The notes under the pieces are model-generated. The model saw only the letters and a program-made list of their open reading frames with translations, had not been told where the DNA came from and did no database searches. Source: Pseudomonadota bacterium (lineage in GTDB: Bacteria > Pseudomonadota > Alphaproteobacteria > Rhizobiales > Amorphaceae). Taken from it: a stretch of DNA of 64,000 bases. Below, in pieces: positions 9,374 through 19,161 of this stretch (positions are counted from its first letter, which is position 1; each line of letters opens with the position of its first letter). The stretch is from positions 91,289 to 155,288 of the forward strand of contig JBCCBM010000007.1 of assembly GCA_039034015.1 (NCBI GenBank), read 5' to 3'. The position numbers and the translations under genes were made by a program.

Positions 9374-9769
9374 TCAGAACCGGCGGACGGGGTTGGCCCG
9401 CTCAAGGTCGTGGCGGAGCAGCTTCATGTTGGCGCGGTTCGCCTTCCACATCACGTCCACCACAGTGCCAAGCACTGGGATTGAGCCAACGATCGTATCG
9501 CCGGCAACGTTGGCCACCATGCGCGCAATGGTGCGCTTTCGCGCGCCCAGGCGAACACCTTGCGCGATGATGGTGGACGACAGTCCAAGGCCCACAAGGT
9601 CGCCGATGCCGGGCACAAGGCCCACAATGGAATCAAGGCCGAAGCGAATGCCAAACAGGCTGAACTTTGAATCGAGCCAGTGCGCGAGATTGTCGAGCTC
9701 CTGGGTGGACGGCTTTGCGCTAAAACTGCCGTCCTTGTCCGAACGGCGCATGGTGATGGTGCGAGACAT
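9374..9769 (-). CDS. DUF4112 membrane protein
   Basis: LAHWLDSKF...RFGLDSIVGLVPGIGD...RMVAN...GSIPVLG..VD..WKAN..N..LL. GAGGAG RBS before ATG 9769. Confidence 0.88.
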   Translation of the reverse strand: MSRTITMRRSDKDGSFSAKPSTQELDNLAHWLDSKFSLFGIRFGLDSIVGLVPGIGDLVGLGLSSTIIAQGVRLGARKRTIARMVANVAGDTIVGSIPVLGTVVDVMWKANRANMKLLRHDLERANPVRRF

Positions 9770-9839
9770 GACAAAACTCCTCACCCCTTAAATCGGGGCG
9801 CGGCCGACTTTGTTCCAGCCGCGCGCGTGTCAGGACGCG

Positions 9840-11417
9840 CTAGTCCCGCGGGGCGGCAATCCGGAGCGCGGGGCGGCTCTCAGTGTCCCGCGCGGCCTTA
9901 AAGGCTCGGATCTTGTCGGCGAGCGACAATTCCCGCGGTTCGGCAACGCGCACCACGTCTGGCGCGTCCATGAACCGCTCGGCAAGATCGCGGATGGTGG
10001 CCTTGAGCGCGGCCACCTCTTGCGGGTCGACCGTCATGCCGTGGCCCGCGCGCGCGGCCGCCAGCGCCTCCTCCAGCGCGGCGATTTTTTCCTTCGCGGC
10101 CCCATCGTCGGCGGCGGGCGCGCTGGCAAGGGCGGCCTCCTGGGCTTTGATGGCCTCATCCCGTTCGGCAAGGGCAGCGTCCCGCTCGGCGGCCATAGCG
10201 CGTTCGGCCTCGCGCGCGGCTTCCAGGGCGAGCGACACGTCGCCGTCCTCGCCCACGATGGCGTCTTCGGCAATTTCGGCGCGGCGCAACGAGTCGGCAA
10301 TCTTGCCCTGCTGGTTGCGCAGCGAGGTTTGCAGCTCCTCAATCTTTTGGAGCCGCAATTCGAGCAGCGCGTCGCGTTTTTCCACCTCCGCGCGGGCCTC
10401 TCGCTCGGTGCGCTCGGCGGCCTCCACGCGGGTTTTCATACCATCACGGTCGTAGGCGAGGCGGGAGAGGCTCTCGTTTGCGGTGCGCTCGCGCCCCTCG
10501 GCAGCGTCGAGCGCATCTTTGAGGCGGGCAATTTCGGCCTCGAGAGGCTCTGTGGCGTCGTCGTCAGTGCGCGCGGCAAGGGCATTGCGCAGCTCTTGGA
10601 TCTGGCCGTCCCGCTCTCGCACGGTGCGGGAGAGGAGCGCCTCGCGTTCGCGCAGGGCCTCCAGCTCGCGGGCGAGCGTGTCGCGGCCCTTCTCAATTTC
10701 GGTGACGTTGCCGACCTTTTCGGCCATTTGCGCCATCTCGCGGCGGAGGGCGTCGGCCACATTGACCTGGCGCGCAAGGTCTTCCAGCGCCTCGTCCCGC
10801 GCCTTGGTCAGCGCTTCCACGTCGCCTTGGCGGTTTTGCCGCTCGGCGGTGGCCTTGGAGAGTTTTGTCATGGTCTCCGAGAGCTCGCGCCGTAAATCGC
10901 TCAGCTCTTGGGACTTTGTTTCAAGCTCCTGGACCGCGCGGTCCCGCTCGCTCTGAAGCTTTGGGACGCCTTGGATGCGGGCCTTTTGCTCATCAAGATC
11001 CTGCGCGATGCGGGCGGTGCGGGCGCGCTCGGTCTGAAGGTCTTTTTCAAGGGCGGCGACGCGGCCTTCGTCAGCCTGGAGCTTTTGCTCGGCCGCCTTC
11101 AGCTTGAGCGTTGCGTCCATCTCACTTTGCAGGCGCTCCTGGGCCTCGGCGAGTTTGGTTTCCAGGGTTGCAATGTCCACCGCGTGGTTGGCGCGCAAGA
11201 CGTCGCGCTCAGCCTGGACGGCGGCAATCATCTGGGCGGTGTCGCGCCCGCTCCCTTTGCGAAGGCCGGCAAAGAGCCACAGAAGGGCGATCAGCAGGAG
11301 GCCGCCGCCAATCAACAAAACAGGAAGGTCGATGCCGTCGGGCAGGGTCATGGCGCTCACTCTCACAGGCTCCATCGGCGGCGCTGTGACGGGCGCCTGC
11401 GGGCCGACCTGCCTCAT
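9840..11417 (-). CDS. membrane-anchored long coiled-coil protein
   Basis: Single N-terminal TM followed by RK, about 400 aa of E/A/R/L heptads, C-terminal SLADKIRAF. The start may be 11351. Confidence 0.8.
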   Translation of the reverse strand: MRQVGPQAPVTAPPMEPVRVSAMTLPDGIDLPVLLIGGGLLLIALLWLFAGLRKGSGRDTAQMIAAVQAERDVLRANHAVDIATLETKLAEAQERLQSEMDATLKLKAAEQKLQADEGRVAALEKDLQTERARTARIAQDLDEQKARIQGVPKLQSERDRAVQELETKSQELSDLRRELSETMTKLSKATAERQNRQGDVEALTKARDEALEDLARQVNVADALRREMAQMAEKVGNVTEIEKGRDTLARELEALREREALLSRTVRERDGQIQELRNALAARTDDDATEPLEAEIARLKDALDAAEGRERTANESLSRLAYDRDGMKTRVEAAERTEREARAEVEKRDALLELRLQKIEELQTSLRNQQGKIADSLRRAEIAEDAIVGEDGDVSLALEAAREAERAMAAERDAALAERDEAIKAQEAALASAPAADDGAAKEKIAALEEALAAARAGHGMTVDPQEVAALKATIRDLAERFMDAPDVVRVAEPRELSLADKIRAFKAARDTESRPALRIAAPRD

Positions 11418-11540
11418 GCCACCGACCCCATTGGCGTCTCACGGCTGGCGGATTTGTTCAACATGAGGGCTGTGCCCGCCGGCGCGATGGCGCGGCGGGC
11501 GATGCGGCAGGGCCACAGGCAACCACAGTTCTGCCGCATT

Positions 11541-12128
11541 TCAGAAGGGGTTCCAGGTGGGCTTGTCGGTGAATTTGAGATAGCCGAGGCTCACCCCAAG
11601 CCGCGCGCCGACCCCTGTGCGCACCGGCACAAGGTAGCTTTCGTGGGCGGCCATCACCGTCATCGAGACCCCGCCGACGAGGTAGGCTGAGCCGTCCACC
11701 CCCGTAAAACGCTGGAGGAGCGTCCGGGGGGAGCGGGCGTTATAAACCAGCATCATCACGCGGCTGCCGGAGCCGCCAAAATCCCAGCCGACGCTGGGCC
11801 CTTGCCAGAAAATTTGCGTTGGCGCTTGGCCGGCCAGCTGCAGCGCACCCTCGCCATAGCGAAGGCCCCCGAAGAAGGCGGCGGCGCCCTCTTCGCCAAC
11901 AATATAGCCGTCGGGCGGGCCAAAGCGGGACAGGATGTTTTGGAGCGCCGCCGCAAGCCCATGGGTGGTGGTGCCAAAGAGGTTATGGCCGGCGTGGAGG
12001 ATTTCTTCGCCCGACACCTTTGGGGTGGAGCCGGCGTAGGCCCGCGGATGGTCTTCAAAGGCGGCGGCGGGGGTGGCAAGGGCCAGGAGGAGTGCAAGGA
12101 CGACACGCAACATAAACGATCCTTTCAT
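11541..12128 (-). CDS. eipA: DUF1134 periplasmic protein EipA
   Basis: Signal peptide, YIVGEEG..AF.GGLRYGEG, WQGPSVGWDFG, GARLGVSLGYLKFT.KPTWNPF. Next to chpT/ctrA. Confidence 0.88.
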   Translation of the reverse strand: MKGSFMLRVVLALLLALATPAAAFEDHPRAYAGSTPKVSGEEILHAGHNLFGTTTHGLAAALQNILSRFGPPDGYIVGEEGAAAFFGGLRYGEGALQLAGQAPTQIFWQGPSVGWDFGGSGSRVMMLVYNARSPRTLLQRFTGVDGSAYLVGGVSMTVMAAHESYLVPVRTGVGARLGVSLGYLKFTDKPTWNPF

Positions 12129-12254
12129 GACGCCTTCCCCTCAGGGACGGGGGGGCTTAACGTCCGCGCGATCTGGGCAGGTCGCGGCGCGGCTGGGGTG
12201 CTCGATCCTTTGAAAAAGCGGGCGATGGGCCGCCTCTGAGGGGACCGGTGGGCG

Positions 12255-12836
12255 ATGACGGACGATCTTGATCTTGCAAGCCTCATTGCCTCGCGGCTCT
12301 GCCACGATGTGGTGGGCCCTGTGGGGGCCATTCAAAACGGGCTCGAGCTCATCGCCGAGGACAGTGCCATGGCCGATATGGCCATGGAGCTCATCAAGAA
12401 AAGCGCCCACCAGGCGAGCGCGAAACTCCAATTTGCCCGCCTTGCCTATGGCGCGGCTGGCGGCGCGGAAACGCTGGACCCGGGCGAAGCGGGCAAACTC
12501 ACCGCCGCAATCTTTGACGGGGAGCGGGCCGAGCTTGTCTGGGACATTTCGGGTGACGCAAAGCCGCGGAACGCGGTGAAAATTGCGATGCTGCTCGCCG
12601 CATTTGCGCTCGGCGCCGTGCCCCGGGGCGGGACGGTGACGGTGCGCGAGGGCGCGGTGGTCGCCGAGGGGCAGACCGTGCGCACACCCCCGTTCAGCGA
12701 GATTCTTGAAGGCGGGGATGAGGTGGCCGACCCGCGGGCGGCGCAAGCGCTGGTGATTGCGCGGCTTGTGAAGGCCGAGGGGCAGACCATTGAAGTCACC
12801 GCCGATGAAGCGACGGTGACGTTTTCGCTCTCGTGA
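12255..12836 (+). CDS. chpT: histidine phosphotransferase ChpT
   Basis: LIASRLCHDVVGPVGAIQNGLEL, LQFARLAYGAAG, PRGG. Adjacent to ctrA. Confidence 0.9.
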   Translation: MTDDLDLASLIASRLCHDVVGPVGAIQNGLELIAEDSAMADMAMELIKKSAHQASAKLQFARLAYGAAGGAETLDPGEAGKLTAAIFDGERAELVWDISGDAKPRNAVKIAMLLAAFALGAVPRGGTVTVREGAVVAEGQTVRTPPFSEILEGGDEVADPRAAQALVIARLVKAEGQTIEVTADEATVTFSLS

Positions 12837-12840
12837 GCGG

Positions 12841-13542
12841 TCAGGCCATCTCGCGTCGTTGTTCGGGTTCAGGCTCACGCAGAACATAGCCTCGACCCCA
12901 CACGGTTTCGATATAATTGCGCCCGCCCGTGGCCGACGACAGCTTCTTGCGCAGCTTGCAGATGAAGACGTCGATAATTTTGAGTTCGGGCTCGTCCATC
13001 CCACCATAAAGATGGTTGAGGAACATTTCTTTCGTCAGCGTCGTGCCTTTGCGCAGCGAAAGAAGTTCGAGCATTTGATACTCTTTGCCGGTCAGATGAA
13101 CCCGCTGGCCGTCCACATCGACGGTTTTGGTGTCAAGATTCACCGAGAGTTCGCCGGTGCGGATGATCGATTCCGCGTGGCCCTTGGAGCGGCGGACGAT
13201 GGCGTTGATGCGCGCCACCAGCTCGTCCTTGTGGAAGGGCTTTGTGAGATAGTCATCCGCGCCAAAGCCGAGGCCGCGGACCTTGTCTTCAATGTTGCCA
13301 AGGCCGGAGAGGATGAGGATCGGCGTTTCGATCTTTGACACGCGCAGCGTCCGCAAGACTTCATAGCCAGACATATCGGGCAAGTTGAGGTCGAGGAGGA
13401 TGATGTCGTAATCGTAGAGCTTGCCGAGGTCGATGCCCTCTTCTCCAAGGTTCGTCGTGTAGACGTTGAACCGTTCGGAGTTCAGCATCAGTTCAATGCT
13501 CTGCGCGGTCGCGCTGTCATCTTCGATCAGTAGAACGCGCAT
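12841..13542 (-). CDS. ctrA: cell-cycle master response regulator CtrA
   Basis: 233 aa. [69 protein letters not shown]. Confidence 0.97.
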   Translation of the reverse strand: MRVLLIEDDSATAQSIELMLNSERFNVYTTNLGEEGIDLGKLYDYDIILLDLNLPDMSGYEVLRTLRVSKIETPILILSGLGNIEDKVRGLGFGADDYLTKPFHKDELVARINAIVRRSKGHAESIIRTGELSVNLDTKTVDVDGQRVHLTGKEYQMLELLSLRKGTTLTKEMFLNHLYGGMDEPELKIIDVFICKLRKKLSSATGGRNYIETVWGRGYVLREPEPEQRREMA

Positions 13543-13723
13543 GCGCTTCCTCTCATGCGGACCGCCGAGCGAGCGGCTTCCATTTTCCTTCGCCGGCGAA
13601 AACCGACGCAAATCATGCGAATCAGCACACCGAAACGTTACCAGATCGTCAGGTGCTGGCAGGTCAAGCGGGGCAATTGTCCCCCGTTTCGACCCTCGCT
13701 CAGTCAAACCATGAGCGAGGGGG

Positions 13724-13740
13724 GTTAACGGACCTTAAAT
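13724..13740. promoter_or_regulatory. candidate CtrA-binding site in the ctrA upstream region
   Basis: The minus strand reads TTTA-N7-TTAAC, one mismatch to TTAA-N7-TTAAC. There is another GTTAAC at 13789-13794 and a GANTC at 13619-13623. Confidence 0.5.
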
Positions 13741-13889
13741 ATCCAGGGCCGCCGCGCCGGTCTGCCGCGCCTTCGCGGCCTGTGTTGCGTTAACAGCGCA
13801 CAGAATTTTGCGTCGGAGAGGCGAACGAATTTGCAAGGGGCGAGGGGTAGATTGTCCTCATCGGGTCAGGTGTTACGGGTGAGGGTGTC

Positions 13890-14255
13890 ATGAAGCCGCG
13901 GGAATCCACAATCCAAGCCAAGGAATTTCAAGCGGATGCGCTCCGCCGGCAGCTCATGCAGTTTGAGCGCATGATTGCCGACCTTGAGACGATCCGCACC
14001 GAGCTTGGCAAACAAATCGAGATGGAAGAGCGCCGCTCGGGCGTGTCGGACACCAGTCACTACGCCTATTCCACCGTGGCGCGGGCCGCGCGCGAGCGGC
14101 GGGCAAACCTCACCCACACCATTGACGATTTGGCCGGCCGGCGCGAAACCGCACACGAGGCGCTTGCCGAAATCGACGGGTTTTTCGAGGCGCTGGAAAA
14201 TGCCGGCGACACGCTGGACGTGCCGGCAAGCCGCAAATCCCGCGTTGCGGCCTAA
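13890..14255 (+). CDS. FliJ-like coiled-coil protein of the ctrA locus
   Basis: KEFQAD..RRQ..Q.E.MIADL...[25 protein letters not shown] matches the small conserved gene divergent from ctrA in Rhizobiales. Confidence 0.75.
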   Translation: MKPRESTIQAKEFQADALRRQLMQFERMIADLETIRTELGKQIEMEERRSGVSDTSHYAYSTVARAARERRANLTHTIDDLAGRRETAHEALAEIDGFFEALENAGDTLDVPASRKSRVAA

Positions 14256-15184
14256 TCGAACAAGGACGAGACGGACTTTTCCAGCGCCGTGCGGCTGATG
14301 GCCTCGCCGATGAGCGGGGCGATGGAGACGGTCCGGATTTTTTGAGCGTTGCGCACCGCTGCCGACGGCTCGATTGAGTCGGAAATGACGAGTTCGCCGA
14401 GGCTCGACGCGTCAATCCGCGCCACCGCCCCGCCGGACAGGACGCCGTGGGTGATGTAGGCGGACGCGCTTTTTGCGCCGGCCGCCATCAGCGCGTCCGC
14501 CGCGTTGCACAGTGTGCCGCCTGAATCCACAATATCGTCAAACAGCAGGCAGTCGCGGCCTTCCACGTTGCCGATGATGTTCATGACCTCTGATTCGCCA
14601 GGCCGCTCGCGCCGCTTGTCGACGATGGCGAGCGGGGCGTCGATGCGTTTGGCAAGGTCGCGCGCGCGCACCACACCGCCAACGTCGGGCGACACAACCA
14701 TCAAGTTTTCAAGGGCGTAGCGCTCTTTGATGTCGCGGCTCATGACCGGGGCGACATAAAGATTGTCGGTCGGGATGTCGAAAAAGCCTTGGATTTGGCC
14801 GGCGTGCAGGTCGAGCGTCAGGACGCGGCTTGCGCCGGCCCGGGTGATCATATTGGCGACGAGCTTGGCCGAAATGGGAGTGCGGCCGCCGGTGCGCCGG
14901 TCCTGCCGCGCATAGCCGAAATAGGGAAGGACGGCGGTGATGCGGCGGGCGGACGAGCGCAACAGCGCATCGATGATGATGAGGAGTTCCATCAGGTTGT
15001 CGTTGGCGGGGTAGCTCGTCGATTGGATGACGAACATGTCCTCGCCGCGGACATTGTCCCGCACCTCGACGAAGACCTCTTCGTCGGCAAAGCGGCGGAC
15101 CACGCATTCGGTCTGTGTGAGGTCCAAATAGGACGAGATGGCTTCGCTGAGGGCCCTGTTGGAGTTGCCGGCAACCAGTCGCAT
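14252..15184 (-). CDS. prs: ribose-phosphate pyrophosphokinase
   Basis: [61 protein letters not shown]. Confidence 0.97.
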   Translation of the reverse strand: MRLVAGNSNRALSEAISSYLDLTQTECVVRRFADEEVFVEVRDNVRGEDMFVIQSTSYPANDNLMELLIIIDALLRSSARRITAVLPYFGYARQDRRTGGRTPISAKLVANMITRAGASRVLTLDLHAGQIQGFFDIPTDNLYVAPVMSRDIKERYALENLMVVSPDVGGVVRARDLAKRIDAPLAIVDKRRERPGESEVMNIIGNVEGRDCLLFDDIVDSGGTLCNAADALMAAGAKSASAYITHGVLSGGAVARIDASSLGELVISDSIEPSAAVRNAQKIRTVSIAPLIGEAISRTALEKSVSSLFD

Positions 15185-15261
15185 CGTGCGTCCTCTTCTC
15201 GTTGCGGGGGGTCTACCCCATCCCGCACGGCGCACAAAGTGCCGCAGGGGGCGAAGCGGCG

Positions 15262-16323
15262 CTAATCAAACAGATCATCCGGGATATCACTCCCCACCGC
15301 CTTCAGGACGCGGGAGCGGTTGGTGATGAAGCGGACGATTTTGTCGCCGATGCCCTGCTCCACCTTCGGATTTTCAAACATCTCGATGAAGGCTTTGCCA
15401 TTCTGCGCAATCTCTTCACACTTGCCCTCGTTTTGGAGGCACCAATCAAACACCTCCTCAAGGTCGGCAAGGTCATACCGCACGGGGACATAGTGCACGT
15501 ATGGTCGAAGCATGTTTTCGCACGCCCACGTCATGATCGTGATGTGGGGCATGATGATGCAGGAGTTGGTGGCGAGCATCCATTTCAGGCCACTTGCGGT
15601 GTCGTTACCCTCCAGCGACAGAAGATAGCGAAATTTGACTTGTTCGCGGATGTCGATCCGCGGCGCAAAATAGTGCTCCCGCATGTGTTCGGCGCGATCG
15701 GGCGGGAGTTGCACGATTTTTGAGAACGCGATGTCCATGTCGCCGCGGTGTTTGATGCGGTCCATCAGTGCGGGGACATAGCTGCGCGACCCGAGGGGGC
15801 TCCCGGGTTTGATGCGAAATTCGCCCGTGGTGGCGCCGCGCCACATGAGGGTGGGTTCTTTGTCGGCGAAGGCGATGTCATGCTTTCGCGCCATGTACAC
15901 CGGCTTGAAATGGCGGATGAAATGGAGCTGCATCAGCGCGCTCAGCCCCGCCTCAAACGCGGGGCGCGACTTGCAGACCGAGGGGTAGGCGATGGTGTGG
16001 TGGTTGTCGCCGGGGCGCACCAGCATCGCCTTGTCGATCTCCTGCCGCTCCAGGGATTCAATCACCGGCTTCATGTAGTTGGTGAAGAAGATGTCGATGA
16101 ATTCGTCCCGCTCGTTCCGCAAGAGGTTTTTGCCCTGCGCAAAATAGGGGAGAATTTCGCGGAACTTTGCGTTGTCCATCCCCGCGCGGACGATGAAAAA
16201 CTGCTCGTTGCCCGAGATTTCAAACACGCCGCGGCGCATCTTGGTGAGATGGCCAAGGTAAAGCTTTTCGCGGTTGCCGGGGTTGAGGCCGGCGATGGGG
16301 TTGACGGGCTTTGGCGCGGACAT
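15262..16323 (-). CDS. glycosyltransferase family 90 (CAP10-like) protein
   Basis: [60 protein letters not shown]. Confidence 0.8.
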   Translation of the reverse strand: MSAPKPVNPIAGLNPGNREKLYLGHLTKMRRGVFEISGNEQFFIVRAGMDNAKFREILPYFAQGKNLLRNERDEFIDIFFTNYMKPVIESLERQEIDKAMLVRPGDNHHTIAYPSVCKSRPAFEAGLSALMQLHFIRHFKPVYMARKHDIAFADKEPTLMWRGATTGEFRIKPGSPLGSRSYVPALMDRIKHRGDMDIAFSKIVQLPPDRAEHMREHYFAPRIDIREQVKFRYLLSLEGNDTASGLKWMLATNSCIIMPHITIMTWACENMLRPYVHYVPVRYDLADLEEVFDWCLQNEGKCEEIAQNGKAFIEMFENPKVEQGIGDKIVRFITNRSRVLKAVGSDIPDDLFD

Positions 16324-16330
16324 GGCGGGC

Positions 16331-16822
16331 TCAGTGGTCGGCGTGGAGCCATGCCTTGAGGAGGGCGGCCAGGCGGTTTGCGACCGTTTCAAGGTCGCGC
16401 CCGGCAACGCCGCCCCAGGGGTCAATGTCGCCATCGCCAGAGCGCTGCTCGCCGCTGATGCGGTGGAGGCGCCGGCCCGCCGTGTCGTTCACGTCAAAGA
16501 CGTAAAACACGGTGGAGTTGGTTTGGTCGGACACGGCGGTGATTGCCCCCTTCACCGTGAAAAGCGCCCGCCCGCCAGGCCGTTTCACGACGGTGAGCCC
16601 CTCTTCCTCCGCATTTTTCCAGATGCGGGACAAAAGGTCGTCCCCCGCATTGCCCGGCACGCCCTCAAAGGGGAGGAAGGCGAAGGTTGCCTTTTCCGGG
16701 TCAATGCCAGGGCCGCGAGGCTTGTCAAAATTGACTCCAACGTCCGCCGCAATGCCCGACACCGTGGGCGCCGCGCAGGCCGAGAGCGCCAATGCACACA
16801 AAAGGGCGCAAAGACGGATCAC
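16331..16822 (-). CDS. conserved lipoprotein
   Basis: The GTG start overlaps the upstream TGA (GTGA). Signal MIRLCALLCALALSAC with lipobox LSAC. Confidence 0.8.
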   Translation of the reverse strand: MIRLCALLCALALSACAAPTVSGIAADVGVNFDKPRGPGIDPEKATFAFLPFEGVPGNAGDDLLSRIWKNAEEEGLTVVKRPGGRALFTVKGAITAVSDQTNSTVFYVFDVNDTAGRRLHRISGEQRSGDGDIDPWGGVAGRDLETVANRLAALLKAWLHADH

Positions 16823-17970
16823 CGCACCACCAGCGCGGGGGCGATGGCCGACAGGGGCTCGGCCGGGCCATCGCTTGTCAAAAAGGTGCGGCCGAGGGTC
16901 ATTGCGGTTTCGGTCTCTGAATCCATCAAGATCATGTGCGCGAAAAGCACCATGTTCGGTTCGATGGGGGCTGGATTGCCGTGATAAAACATGGGCGTAT
17001 CCATCCAGGACGGCGTGAATGTGGCGCCCAGAGAGTAGCCACATGCGTTGAGCTTGTGGGCCTGCATACCACGATCGTTGAGCACGGTGGCGTGGGCGTG
17101 GAACACATCGCCAAAGGTGTTGCCCGGGCGCATCGCCTCCACCACCGCGTGAAGGGCAGCGCTGGCCGCCTCAAAGAGCTCCTCATGCCGTGGCCGGGGC
17201 GGACCGATGACGACCGTGTCCATCACCGCCGAATGGTAGCGCCGCCACACGCCCGCAAATTCCAGCGTCAGCTGATCGCTTGCCTCCAGCGTGCGCCGCC
17301 CGGCCGCGTACCGGCACAGGAGCGCGTCCCGGCCCGAGCCGATCACGAACTCGTTGCCCGGATAATCGCCGCCGCCCTCAAAAATGGCGGTGTGCATGGC
17401 GGCGAGGATCGCGCCCTCGCTGGCGCCCGGCGCGGCGCGCGCGACGCCCGCCTGCCAGGCCGCATCGCCAAGGGCGGCCGCTTGGCGCACCATCGCGATT
17501 TCTGCAGGGCTTTTGATGGCGCGAAGGCCTGGGACCACGGGCGACGCGTCCGAAAGGGTCGCAAAGCTGCGCAATTGCTCGTCCAGCAGGCGGCCGTTTT
17601 TGGCGGTCAACCCGTGGCTGTCGTACTCGACGCCAATCTTGGCGCCCAACAGGTCAAGCTCGAAGAGGTGGTCTTTCAGCATGCGGGTGGGGTCCGCGCC
17701 CGCGCGGTCGGCCCAGACCAAAATTTCTTCGATGATGGAGGTGTGGCGCGCCTGGCGAAGGTCGGCCGAGCGGGTGAGGAGCGCCATGTGTCCGTCGCGC
17801 TTCACGATCAGGCACTGGAAGAAGGTGAAGCCAAACGTGTCGTAGCCGGTCAGCCAATACATGCTCTCTTGGCTAAAAAGGAGCAGCGCGTCGAGCTTGT
17901 CGGCCGCCATCGCCTCCTGCAGGCGGGCGAGCCGGGCGGCGTATTCATCACGGTCGAAGTGGAGGGCCAT
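16819..17970 (-). CDS. Xaa-Pro peptidase, M24 family
   Basis: Creatinase N-domain (SMYWLTGYDTFG), IKSPAEI, GYSLG, NMVLFAHM. Confidence 0.9.
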   Translation of the reverse strand: MALHFDRDEYAARLARLQEAMAADKLDALLLFSQESMYWLTGYDTFGFTFFQCLIVKRDGHMALLTRSADLRQARHTSIIEEILVWADRAGADPTRMLKDHLFELDLLGAKIGVEYDSHGLTAKNGRLLDEQLRSFATLSDASPVVPGLRAIKSPAEIAMVRQAAALGDAAWQAGVARAAPGASEGAILAAMHTAIFEGGGDYPGNEFVIGSGRDALLCRYAAGRRTLEASDQLTLEFAGVWRRYHSAVMDTVVIGPPRPRHEELFEAASAALHAVVEAMRPGNTFGDVFHAHATVLNDRGMQAHKLNACGYSLGATFTPSWMDTPMFYHGNPAPIEPNMVLFAHMILMDSETETAMTLGRTFLTSDGPAEPLSAIAPALVVR

Positions 17971-17974
17971 GGGG

Positions 17975-18745
17975 TTACTCCGTCAGCACGATTGCCGACA
18001 ACAGCCGGCCATAGTCCGCCTCGCCCCGGTGGGTGGCTCGGCGGTAGGAGTAGAAGGTGTCCGGCGCGCCATAGGTGTCGCGGCCAAGGTTTTCTGCGAT
18101 GGCCCCTGCGCGCTGAAGGCGGGCGAGGATGTAGGCCGGCAGATCGAACATGTGGTGGCCCGCCTTCGCCGAGGGGCGGAAAAAGCGCGCCGCCTCCCCC
18201 CAATCCGCCACGATCGGGCCGGGAAATTCTGGGCCCACCTCGTAGGATTGTGGGCCGATGGTGGGCCCGATGGCGGCGCTGATGCTTTTTGCGCCAAGGC
18301 GCTCCATGGCCAAAAGTGTCGCCTCCAAAACGCCGCCTGTGGCGCCGCGCCACCCGGCGTGGCAGGCGCCAATCACCCGCGCTTTCGGGTCGGCGAAGAG
18401 GACGGGCGCGCAGTCGGCATGGAGGGCGGAAAGGGCAAGGCCTGGGGTGCGGGTTGCAAGGCCGTCGAGCTTGGGGCGCGCGGCGGGCGGCGCGTCGATG
18501 GCAATGGCATCGGCCGAGTGGATCTGGTGCATGGAGATGAGGTGGCCCGGCAGAACGCCGAGGGCGCCTGCAATGCGGCGGCGGTTTTCGGCCACCGCGG
18601 CGGCATCGTCGGCCGAGCCGGGGCCAGCGTTGAGCCCGGCATAAATCCCCGTGGACACGCCGCCGCGCCGACTGAAAAAGGCGTGGGCGACCCCCTCAGC
18701 TTTCAGGCCATCGGCCTCAAAGATTTCCAGCGTATCGCCCAACAC
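17975..18745 (-). CDS. pgeF: PgeF/YfiH laccase-domain protein
   Basis: HAFFSRRGGVS.G.YAGLN, QIHS, ADCAPVL, CHAGWRG, IGPTIGP.SYEVG, FYSYRR. Confidence 0.92.
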   Translation of the reverse strand: MLGDTLEIFEADGLKAEGVAHAFFSRRGGVSTGIYAGLNAGPGSADDAAAVAENRRRIAGALGVLPGHLISMHQIHSADAIAIDAPPAARPKLDGLATRTPGLALSALHADCAPVLFADPKARVIGACHAGWRGATGGVLEATLLAMERLGAKSISAAIGPTIGPQSYEVGPEFPGPIVADWGEAARFFRPSAKAGHHMFDLPAYILARLQRAGAIAENLGRDTYGAPDTFYSYRRATHRGEADYGRLLSAIVLTE

Positions 18746-18801
18746 AAACCCTCCGCGCGGCGCGGAGGGGTATCAGGCGGCGGCGGCGCACACAACGCGC
18801 C

Positions 18802-19086
18802 TCAGCGGCCCAGCATGCGAACCACGCGCAAAATGAGCCAGATGGGCACGACCACCACCGCGCCGAGGAGCAAAATCCCGCCTGCATCCTCCAGCGTGTT
18901 GAGGCTGAGGGACGACAGGTCAATCAACCGCTGCTCCACCCAGAGGATCACGTCGTTCGGATTGATATCAAGCGCATTCAAGACGATGCCGACCACGAAC
19001 GACACGATCAAAAGCTTGATCAGCACCGACAGCGGCGACCCGCCAAACAACGCGCTGGCGCCGCGGCGCCGGGGCAACTCACTCAT
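18802..19086 (-). CDS. small membrane protein (DUF6460-like)
   Basis: GGAGGA RBS before ATG 19086. GGSPLSVLIKLLIVSFVVGIVL...LLLGAVVVVPIWLILR. Confidence 0.75.
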   Translation of the reverse strand: MSELPRRRGASALFGGSPLSVLIKLLIVSFVVGIVLNALDINPNDVILWVEQRLIDLSSLSLNTLEDAGGILLLGAVVVVPIWLILRVVRMLGR

Positions 19087-19161
19087 TTCGTCCTCCCAGA
19101 GGGCCTGATATAGGCACCGCGCGGTGTTGATCCCAGACGCGCACCGCATGGGAGACGCGCA

